A stretch of 64,000 bases of DNA from Vulcanimicrobiota bacterium (GTDB taxonomy: Bacteria > Vulcanimicrobiota > Vulcanimicrobiia > Vulcanimicrobiales > Vulcanimicrobiaceae): positions 1 through 64,000 of the forward strand of contig CAVTCS010000005.1 of assembly GCA_963733295.1 (NCBI GenBank), given 5' to 3'. The notes under the pieces were generated by a model, which searched no databases, was not told the DNA's origin, and saw only the letters and a list, made by a program, of their open reading frames with translations. Each line of letters opens with the position of its first letter. The first letter of the stretch is position 1. A program made the translations under genes and the position numbers. Below are positions 39,283 through 47,523 of the stretch, one piece after another.

Positions 39283-41151
39283 ATGAGCAAGTCTTCACGC
39301 GGCAGTTTGACCTCTGCGTTTGCCGGATTCTGCATCGGCGCAGTTCTGGCGAGCATGGCTCCGGCGTTCGCACAAGTGCCGGCGAAGCGAGGACACACGG
39401 TCAAAGATATTCTCCGCGACGGAAAATCGGTTACTTCCGCCGACGGTGTGAAGGTCACGCCGCCGTCCGGCGCCGTCGAAAACGTCATCCGGCGCGACGA
39501 AGCGATCGTCGACGGAACGCGGATCGACGTTCCGGCGCGGATCGTGGTCGTCATCGTCAGCTCAGGTGAAAAGAGCACTGCGACGCTCGAGCCGGGATCC
39601 AGCGTCACGTTCATCAGCACGGGCTCGGGAGAACTCGTCTCGAGCAACGCCGGCAAAACGATCTTCAGCATCGTGCCGAAGTCGCTCGACTTCTTTCAAG
39701 TGCAGTCCAGCGAGGCGATAACCGCCGGCGTGCACGGCACGGTGTTCTCGATCGATCGCAGCCAGAGTGCCGTCAGCTTCGACTGCTCGCTCGGCGTCGT
39801 CGACATTACGAAGACCGGCTACCTTCAGGTCGGCGCGAATACGACGAAGGTATCGCTGGTCGACGTGATTTCCGCCGCGGGGCAGCCCGAGGCGGTGTAT
39901 CACCCGAGCGCGACGTGGTACTTGGGAAGGTTTGCGAACTTTGGCGAGGCCGAAGCGCACTTTACGCAACAGGTCGTCGCGGCTCGAAAGAGCGGCGACA
40001 CGTACGCGCTGGGCGCAGCGCTGCGCAATCTCGGACTCGTTCAATGGAATAGTGGCCGGTACGCCGAGGCGATGACGTCCGAGAACGAAGCGCTCGGATT
40101 GTACCGGCAGTCCGGAGCGCGCGACGGCGAGGCGCATGTGCTCGACGATATCGGACTCGTCAACTACAGCTGGGGCAAGTACCCCGACGCCCTGCAGTCG
40201 CACCAAGCGGCGCTTGCGATGTACCGCGAGGTCGGGGACCGCGGCGGCCAAGGGAGAGCACTCTCCAGGATCGGTAACGCCTACGAGCGCCAGGGCCGGT
40301 ACGCGGATGCGTTGCAAGCGCAGCAGGACGCGATCGCGTTCTATCGGCAGGTCGGTGACCGCGACGGAGAGGCGCGGAGCCTCACGCAGATCGGGGTGAT
40401 CCAAGAAGACCAAAGCAAATACGCCGACTCGCTGCAGTCGCAGACTCAGGCATTGGCGCTTTTTCGAGAACTGGGAGATCGCGACGGCGAAGCGAGAGCT
40501 TTGCGCGGACTCGGGAGCGTTGCCTACGGGCAAGGCCGCTACGCCGACGCGCTGCAGTCGTATCAGCAAGCGATGGCGCTCTTCACGGAGATGGGCGACC
40601 GCGACGGTGAGACAAAAGCTCTCAACGGCGTCGCCAGCGTGCAATTCAGACAAGCCCATTACGACGACGCGTTGCAAGCCGGCCAGCAGGCGCTCGCGGG
40701 CGCGAAGGAATCGGGTGACCGGGACAGCGAGGCGAGCGCCCTTCGCATCCTCGGCGCCGTCGCCTACGAACAACAACGCTACACCGATGCGATGCAATTC
40801 GAGCAACAGGCGCTCGCGATCTTCCGGGAGCTGGGCGATCGCGACGGCGAGGCGCGCAGCCTCAACAGCATCGGCAACACCGCCTACGAACAAGCCCAAT
40901 ATGCCGAAGCGCTCCGCTCCGACGAGCAGGCGCTCGCGACGTTCCGCGAATTGGGCGACCGCGCGGGCGAAGCGCGGGCCACGCAGAGTGTCGCCAACGT
41001 CGCCTTGCGGCAAGGCCGCTACAGCGACGCGCTGGAGTCGTACCGGCAGGCGTTGACGCTCTTCAAGCAACTCGGCAGCGAGGCCGATGCCGCGCGCGTC
41101 AGCGACATCATCGCAAAGATCGAAGCACACCGCAAACACGGCGACCCATAG
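39283..41151 (+). CDS. Secreted FecR-like domain + ~9 TPR repeats (40-aa period)
   Basis: Signal peptide (AFA|Q); FQVQS...TAGVHGTVF (FecR-like); GDRDGEARSL repeats every 40 aa. Confidence 0.85.
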   Translation: MSKSSRGSLTSAFAGFCIGAVLASMAPAFAQVPAKRGHTVKDILRDGKSVTSADGVKVTPPSGAVENVIRRDEAIVDGTRIDVPARIVVVIVSSGEKSTATLEPGSSVTFISTGSGELVSSNAGKTIFSIVPKSLDFFQVQSSEAITAGVHGTVFSIDRSQSAVSFDCSLGVVDITKTGYLQVGANTTKVSLVDVISAAGQPEAVYHPSATWYLGRFANFGEAEAHFTQQVVAARKSGDTYALGAALRNLGLVQWNSGRYAEAMTSENEALGLYRQSGARDGEAHVLDDIGLVNYSWGKYPDALQSHQAALAMYREVGDRGGQGRALSRIGNAYERQGRYADALQAQQDAIAFYRQVGDRDGEARSLTQIGVIQEDQSKYADSLQSQTQALALFRELGDRDGEARALRGLGSVAYGQGRYADALQSYQQAMALFTEMGDRDGETKALNGVASVQFRQAHYDDALQAGQQALAGAKESGDRDSEASALRILGAVAYEQQRYTDAMQFEQQALAIFRELGDRDGEARSLNSIGNTAYEQAQYAEALRSDEQALATFRELGDRAGEARATQSVANVALRQGRYSDALESYRQALTLFKQLGSEADAARVSDIIAKIEAHRKHGDP

Positions 41152-41153
41152 CC

Positions 41154-42812
41154 GTGCCGCGCTGGGCCGGCAACGTCGCCGTGCTGGGCGGCATCTACGT
41201 TGCGGTCATGGCAGCGGCTGCATTGTGGATGCCGCACGAATGGGACTGGAGCGTTTTCCAGTGGCTGAGTTCGCGCGTCACCCCGACGCTCTCACCCGAG
41301 GTCAGCATCGTCGACGTCGACTGGGATCCAACGGACGTGCCCAGCAACCGGCGCCGCATCGCGGCGTTCCTCGATGGCCTCGTGCGCAGCGACCGGCGGC
41401 CGAACGCGGTCATCCTCGACGTTGAATTCGATCCGTGTCAATCCAAACCGTGCGGCGAATCGATGGAATCCGCGCGCGACGCGCTGGTCGCGAGCCTCCG
41501 TGCCGCAGCGTCGCGCTTTCCGGTCTACGCGATCGAGCAACCCAGCGTCGATCGGGATGACGTCGAGCGCGGTCCGCTCGATCGGCAAGACGCACGGATT
41601 TACGCTGCGGTGACCGGCGCGGCGCAAACGCGCTTCACGATCGTCCCGAAGTCGGAAGGCTTGTTCTACCGCATCTGCTATGCGAACGTGCCCTTCGTCA
41701 ATGAAGACGGCGCAGTCGTGGGAACCGAAAGCGTCTGGGCGATGGTCGTTCGCGTCTTGATGACGCCGCGAGTCTTTGCGAGTTCACCAGCCTGCGATAC
41801 GAGCCACATCCCCGTCCGCATCGGGCCGAAGATCTCGCTCACACCTCCTGCCGCGTACCGTTTTACCGAGACGCGGACGTTCCCGGGCTATGCGCAGTTC
41901 GACGATAAGACGTTCGTCGTCGTCGGGACCATGAAGTACGACCGTTCGCCCTTTACGGATCGAAGCGGTCCGGAGCTCCTCGCCTGGGCGTTGAGCAACG
42001 CGCTCGATCAGGGTTCGCTGGCCGGCAGGGGTTCGTACTACGATGCGCAGCCCCAGAATCTGATGTTGCTGTTGCTCGTACCGGCGTTTTCCGGACTCGC
42101 CGTCGTCGCTTTCATGGCGCTCTTCTACCAGTTGAAGAAAAGCCGATTGCGAGGGCTACGGCAGCTCCTTCCCTGGATCTCGGCCGCACTCGCGGCGGTC
42201 TTCGGGCTTTTCGTTTTCGGCGCGTTCGAGTTCTGGATGCTCGCCTCACACCACATCCAGCCGCAAGTCTCGCTGATCTCGCTGGGCGTCGTCTTGGCCT
42301 CGGCGCTGTGCGGGTTCCGTGGTTTCCAAATGACTCAGGACGAGGCAAACGCGATCGAGCCGCTGCCCGACGAGTCGTACGACTACGATGTCTTCATCAG
42401 CTACGCCCGCGAAGAAGGAGCCTGGGTTTACGAGAACGTGTTCGCACCGCTCCGCGATGCCGCGCTTCCGAACGGAAAGAAGCTCAGCGTCTTCTTCGAC
42501 ACGTCATCGATTCGCGCGGGGACGGGTTGGCAAACCAAATTGTCGCTCGCCATCGACGGCAGCCGCTTCATCGTGCCGGTCTATTCGGACGTCTATTTCA
42601 CGAAACCGTACTGCCGTTTCGAGATCCTGCGCGCGCATCGCAAGTGGATAGAGGCCGGCGACGAATCGCGCTGCGTTCTGCCAATCATGCGCGGACACCC
42701 CAAGATTTACGCGACGGTCAACGACATTCAAGCCGTTAGCATCGACGATCAACCGGATTTAGTGCATCAGATCGTGGCCGAGATCGTCGAGCGGCTCTCG
42801 CGTCAGCGATAG
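41154..42812 (+). CDS. CHASE2-like sensor - 3TM - TIR receptor
   Basis: N-terminal TM, VSIVDVD, AVILDVEF, VVVGT...SPF...SGPELLAWAL, 3 TMs, then YDVFISYAR, VFFD, VYSDVYFTKPYCRFEI. Confidence 0.85.
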   Translation: MPRWAGNVAVLGGIYVAVMAAAALWMPHEWDWSVFQWLSSRVTPTLSPEVSIVDVDWDPTDVPSNRRRIAAFLDGLVRSDRRPNAVILDVEFDPCQSKPCGESMESARDALVASLRAAASRFPVYAIEQPSVDRDDVERGPLDRQDARIYAAVTGAAQTRFTIVPKSEGLFYRICYANVPFVNEDGAVVGTESVWAMVVRVLMTPRVFASSPACDTSHIPVRIGPKISLTPPAAYRFTETRTFPGYAQFDDKTFVVVGTMKYDRSPFTDRSGPELLAWALSNALDQGSLAGRGSYYDAQPQNLMLLLLVPAFSGLAVVAFMALFYQLKKSRLRGLRQLLPWISAALAAVFGLFVFGAFEFWMLASHHIQPQVSLISLGVVLASALCGFRGFQMTQDEANAIEPLPDESYDYDVFISYAREEGAWVYENVFAPLRDAALPNGKKLSVFFDTSSIRAGTGWQTKLSLAIDGSRFIVPVYSDVYFTKPYCRFEILRAHRKWIEAGDESRCVLPIMRGHPKIYATVNDIQAVSIDDQPDLVHQIVAEIVERLSRQR

Positions 42813-43234
42813 CAATATTCGTCGTCGGCGTCGAGGATGTCGAGGATTTTCGTAAGCTCCGGACGTTCCGCCATGATAGGATGCCGCTCCCGCACCAGGG
42901 CCTGGTCGGCCGGCGTCATCCGTTCGACGACGAAGCTCTCCATTTTCGCATTGAGCGCGCCGGCGGCCGAGCGATCCACTCGGGCTTCTAACCATCCGGT
43001 CACCTCGGCTTCGTCTCGAGCGCGTGCGACCGCTTCGCGAAACTCGTCCATGTCGAGGCCGGCGCGCTTGACGACGTACGCGCTGAAGCCCGTGTCGTGG
43101 TTGAGATACTTTCCGATATTGCCGCCCGGCAATTCCGCCCGCAACTTGTCGACGGTGCGCGGAAGGAAATAGAAGCCGAGCAGCGTGGCACGTGTCGGGC
43201 GTGGCGGCTGTTTCGTGAGATCGAGCGGGGTCAT
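42803..43234 (-). CDS. DUF5069 domain protein
   Basis: DLTKQPPR, LPRTVDKLRA...G.IG.Y, ILDADD. Confidence 0.8.
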   Translation of the reverse strand: MTPLDLTKQPPRPTRATLLGFYFLPRTVDKLRAELPGGNIGKYLNHDTGFSAYVVKRAGLDMDEFREAVARARDEAEVTGWLEARVDRSAAGALNAKMESFVVERMTPADQALVRERHPIMAERPELTKILDILDADDEYCYR

Positions 43235-43794
43235 GGAAAACTTCCCGTGAGCTGACCTTCGGCGATGACGTGGCCCTCGATCGCACTGTCAAGTTGCTTC
43301 TTCGTTGCGCCGGCCGGAAGGTCGAGGTTCGCATCGAGCGCATACAGCGTGAAAACGTAACGGTGCGTCAAGTTGCCCGGAGGACAGGGTGCGGCGTATC
43401 CGAGGTCGCCGAAACCGTTGATGCCCTGGCGCGCGGTGTTCGGGAGCTGTCGAACCTTCGGCGTTGCCTCGGGTAGACTGCGCACCTCCGGGGGCACGTC
43501 GTACACGAGCCAATGCACGAAGTGACCGAAAAGGAACGAGAGCGGCGAGTCGATATCGCTGGCCATCAAGACGAAGCTTTTCGCTTTCGCCGGCGCTTGC
43601 CAATCGAGTCCCGGCGAAACGCTGGTTCCTTTACAGGTGAACTGATTGGGGATGACGCCTCCGTCGGCAAAGTCCGGGCTAGTAAGGCGTAACGCCGGAA
43701 CCGTCGAGGAAGGCGGTGGACTCGAAGCGCAGCCGGAGAGTCCGGCCAGGATGGCGAGCAGCGCGATCGATCGAGTCCATAAGGCTCTTGGCAC
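43231..43794 (-). CDS. YbhB/YbcL (PEBP/Raf kinase inhibitor-like) lipoprotein
   Basis: LSGC lipobox; LTSPDF.DGG.IP, FVHWLVYD, GY..PCPPG..HRYVFTLYALD. Confidence 0.9.
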   Translation of the reverse strand: MPRALWTRSIALLAILAGLSGCASSPPPSSTVPALRLTSPDFADGGVIPNQFTCKGTSVSPGLDWQAPAKAKSFVLMASDIDSPLSFLFGHFVHWLVYDVPPEVRSLPEATPKVRQLPNTARQGINGFGDLGYAAPCPPGNLTHRYVFTLYALDANLDLPAGATKKQLDSAIEGHVIAEGQLTGSFP

Positions 43795-43893
43795 GTGGCT
43801 AATGTACAATACCGCCGCGTCACGTCCTGGCCCGCGGCGAACTCGACGTTGTTTAGCAGAGGCTTTCGAGAGCGCGGGAATGTAGGTCGCGCC

Positions 43894-45551
43894 ATGGGAG
43901 CACTCGGACCGCACGGCCATCGCCATGAAGCGCACCGCCCCGTCGTCATGGGACGTCACGGGATGGTAGCCGCGGCGCATCCGCTGGCCTCGGAGGCCGG
44001 GGTCCATATTCTGCGCAGCGGCGGCAATGCCGTCGACGCGGCGATCGCCGTCGGCGCCGCGATTGCTGTGACGGCACCGCACCTGTCCGGCGTCGGCGGT
44101 GACGGCTACATCATGATCTACGATCCGCAGATCGCCTCCGAACCGCTCGTAATCAATGCAACGGGCCGCGCGCCGCTGCGCGCCACGCCCGAAGAATACC
44201 GCGACGGCATTCCGCTGCACGGTATGCGCAGTGCGAGCGTCCCGGGTCTGGTCGACGGTTGGCTCCAAGCGCACGAACGGTACGGCACGCTCTCGCTGGA
44301 TGCGTGTCTCGCGCCGGCCATCGACTTGGCCGAGAACGGCTTCCCGGTGACGCGCAACCTGGAACGGGCCATCCTCGAGCAACCCCTGCTGCTGAGCTTC
44401 CCCAGCTCACGAGCGATCTTCGCGCCGCGTGGAGCTGGATTGCGTTTCGGCGAGATCCTCGTGCAAACGGACCTCGCTCGCACGCTGCGCGCGATCGCGC
44501 GCGACGGCCGTTCGTCATTTTACGAAGGCGAAATTGCGCGGGCCATCGTCGCCGCCTCGAAGGTCCACGACGGGCTGATCGAGCTCGACGATCTGCGTAG
44601 TTCCCGCGCCGAAGTGCAGAACGCGATCGCAGTGACCTATCGCGGCCACACGGTGTTCGAATCGCCGCCGAACTCGAGCGGTCACGTGCTGCTGCAGATG
44701 CTCAACATCGTCGAAAACTTCGATCTGCACGCGCTCGGCGCGAACAGCGCTGCGGCGATTCACCTGATGGTCGAAGCAAAGCGCCTGGCCTTCGCCGATC
44801 GCGAGGCGTTCGTCGCCGATCCCGAGTTCACCGATATCCCCTTACAGCAGGCTGCTCGACAAGAGTTACGCCGCCGAGCACGCACGTTCGATCGACCCGG
44901 AGAGAGCGGCCGCCGCGCCACAGGCGGGCGCTACCGCGGGCGTTCGAGGGCCGGGCCGGCGCTTCGCATACGACGTGCTTTGCGATCGTCGACCAAGATC
45001 GTCGCGCGGTGTGCCAGATTCAAAGCTTGCAGTCGTTCATGGGTTCCGCGCTCGTCGTAGAAGGCACCGGCATTCTCCTCAACAACCGGATGACGTACTG
45101 GCACCTGGAACCCGGTCACGTCAACCGGTTGCAAGGCGGCAAGCGCGTTCGCCATACGATGAATACGGTCATGATCTTCCGCGACGGCGAACTCTTCATG
45201 GTGCACGGCACACCGGGTGCCGATACGCAAACGCAAACGAACCTCCAGGTGCTCACGCACGTCGTCGATCACGACATGAACGTGACCGAGGCGGTCGAGG
45301 CGCCGCGCTGGCGCCACATCGGCCGCGGCACCGAGTCGACGATTCCGCACGGCGAGAGCGACCTGCTGAATCTCGAAGCGCGCTTCCCGCCCGGCGTCGC
45401 AGCCGAACTGGCACGGCGCGGACACCCCGTTGCGACGATTGGAGCGTGGGAGGCCTCCGGAAGCGAAGTGATGATCCGGGTCGACGGCGCGAACGGCGCG
45501 CTCCACGGCGCGTGCGATCCGCGCGCGGACGGCTACGCGATCGGCTACTGA
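43894..45551 (+). CDS. ggt: Gamma-glutamyltransferase family protein interrupted by two +1 frameshifts (~44845, ~44940)
   Basis: GGNAVDAAIA, SGVGGDG, SVPG, PPNSSG, KRLAFADR; HTTCFAIVD catalytic Thr in the third frame; GTPG, DPRADG ending. Confidence 0.85.
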
Positions 45552-45593
45552 CCCGCCCGGATGACGAATCGCTTCAGCAGCGAACTGCGCGAG

Positions 45594-46937
45594 ATGCGGA
45601 TCTCGCTCGGGCCAGTCACTCCCTTTCTCGCCGTGCTGCTCGCCGGTTTTCTCTTCATCCTTGCGACGGCCAGCGGGCCGGCAGCTTCGATCGGGAGTTC
45701 GACTTTCTGGCTGGGCACGCTCATGAAGTCGGGCCAACCGCTCGCGGTTCGCGTCGCCATCAATCAAGAACCGTCAGGCCGATATACCGGCAGCTTCAGT
45801 TCCGACACCCAAGCCATAATGGATTATCCCTTCGACTCGGTGACCGTTACCGGACAACACATCGCGTTCGTGTTGGGCGGGGGCGACGTTCGCTTTTCCG
45901 GCACGATGAGCGATCGCACGATCTCCGGAAGTTTCGATGGCGCCGAAGGCCACGGCACGTTCCTCTTGCACCGTGCCGAAGCGCCGGTACTGCCGTACCG
46001 CGCGGAGGACGTGACCTTCGCGAACGGCGACGTGACTCTGAAAGGTACGCTGTGTGTCCCGAACGGGCGTGGCCCGTTCCCGGCGGTCGTCCTCTTGCAC
46101 GGTTCGGGTCCCGAAAGTCGCTGGGGAACGATCCGCTTCATCGCGGACCGCCTCGCGCGCGCCGGAATCGCCGCGCTTGCGTACGACAAACGCGGCAGCG
46201 GAGCATCCACCGGTGACTGGCGTACGGTCGGCTACGAAGCGCTCGCCGACGATGCGATCGCGGGCATCAACTTGCTCGCGAAACGGTCCGACATCGATCC
46301 CAAGCAGATCGGCTTATGGGGGCACAGTCAGGGCGGTTTCATCGCTCCGCTCGTCGCGCAGCGCAGCGGCCACGTCGCGTTCATCGTCGCAGCCGACAGC
46401 AACGCGAGCACCACGCGCGAACAAGACGTCTTGCGCGTGACGAACGAGATCCGCGACAACGGCTGGACCGGTCGAGATGCCGCCGACGCGCGAACGCTCT
46501 ACGCGCACTTTCTGGACGTCGCGAGTGCCGGTGGCGCCGGCTACGACAAGCTCGAAGCGGAAGTGAAGCAGGACAAGGGCCGGCCGTACATCAGCTGGAT
46601 GGCTATACCGCCGCGGACCTCGTGGATCTGGAAGTGGTACCCTCTGGTTGCAAACTACGATTCCCGCACGTACTGGAAGACGGTTCGCGTGCCGGTGTTA
46701 CTGGTCTACGGACAGAACGACGAACTCAGCGACGTTAACAGGAGCATCGCTTCGATCGGCGCCCTCGTCGCGGCTGCCGGAGGGCCGCCCGTCAAGTCGA
46801 TCGTCATCCCGGATGCTCCGCACGTTTTGCATATCGCACCCGCGAGCGGCAAGCCGTTCTTTTGGTGGTACATGGCTCACGGCTACCCCTCGGCTGAGAT
46901 CGACTGGATTCGAGCAGTCACGCACCTCACCTCATGA
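45594..46937 (+). CDS. Secreted alpha/beta hydrolase (S9/S15-like)
   Basis: HGSGP, YDKRG.G.S.G, GHSQG nucleophile elbow, VYGQND, PDAPH. Confidence 0.88.
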   Translation: MRISLGPVTPFLAVLLAGFLFILATASGPAASIGSSTFWLGTLMKSGQPLAVRVAINQEPSGRYTGSFSSDTQAIMDYPFDSVTVTGQHIAFVLGGGDVRFSGTMSDRTISGSFDGAEGHGTFLLHRAEAPVLPYRAEDVTFANGDVTLKGTLCVPNGRGPFPAVVLLHGSGPESRWGTIRFIADRLARAGIAALAYDKRGSGASTGDWRTVGYEALADDAIAGINLLAKRSDIDPKQIGLWGHSQGGFIAPLVAQRSGHVAFIVAADSNASTTREQDVLRVTNEIRDNGWTGRDAADARTLYAHFLDVASAGGAGYDKLEAEVKQDKGRPYISWMAIPPRTSWIWKWYPLVANYDSRTYWKTVRVPVLLVYGQNDELSDVNRSIASIGALVAAAGGPPVKSIVIPDAPHVLHIAPASGKPFFWWYMAHGYPSAEIDWIRAVTHLTS

Positions 46938-47042
46938 TCGCGCTGCTCTGGGGCAGCAAGAAGCAACAGTAGCCTCCAGCGCGAACTTGATACCATCGCC
47001 GCAGGCGGCACGCCGAGAGGCCGGCGGAAGTGGAGTGACCAT

Positions 47043-47507
47043 ATGGCGAGACCCTACCATCTCTATCGCTGCCCCGAGGGCCACGAACGCCGGTCGTACG
47101 CCGCGCCCGACGTCGAGGTGACGGGCGCGCCTCCGAAGCAGAGCACGGTGTGGTGCGTCGAGATGCTGGATGACGGGTCGATGTGCAAGGAGCGCGCCGA
47201 CTTCGTGGAGACGAGGTTCGGGGAACAAATGAACCACGCAGCCATATTCTATGCGAACGATGTCGAGTTCGCTCGCGGCACCTTGACCAAACGGAACGAT
47301 AAGATATTTACGTTCAAGACCGCCCCGCTCGAGCGTTCCGACAACGACACGGCGCGCCTCACCGTTGCGATCCACCGGCACGGCACCACGCCGCTTGTCC
47401 TGGACGATTGCCACGTCATGGGATCGGACGACGGGGACCTTATCTTGATCGCCGACCAGATTATCGGCGACGATTCGAACGCAGTCGATATCGTTTCACT
47501 GTTGTAA
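47043..47507 (+). CDS. Hypothetical protein with N-terminal Cys/His zinc-ribbon-like segment
   Basis: YRCPEGH...WC...MCKE; GGAG RBS. Confidence 0.6.
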   Translation: MARPYHLYRCPEGHERRSYAAPDVEVTGAPPKQSTVWCVEMLDDGSMCKERADFVETRFGEQMNHAAIFYANDVEFARGTLTKRNDKIFTFKTAPLERSDNDTARLTVAIHRHGTTPLVLDDCHVMGSDDGDLILIADQIIGDDSNAVDIVSLL

Positions 47508-47523
47508 ACCCAAGGCTTTCAGG

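Noticed and set aside
39990..41090. Periodic DNA repeats as a possible CRISPR array
   Set aside because: The 120-bp period is in-frame TPR coding; no repeat-spacer structure or cas genes anywhere in the window.
39562..41139. 525-aa antisense ORF (also 26856..28544, 57838..59271 and similar)
   Set aside because: Shadow ORFs of GC-rich genes on the opposite strand; no motifs.
43795..44382. 383-aa version of the YbhB/YbcL ORF
   Set aside because: The N-terminal extension overlaps ggt on the other strand; the lipobox and -10 box point to a start at 43794.
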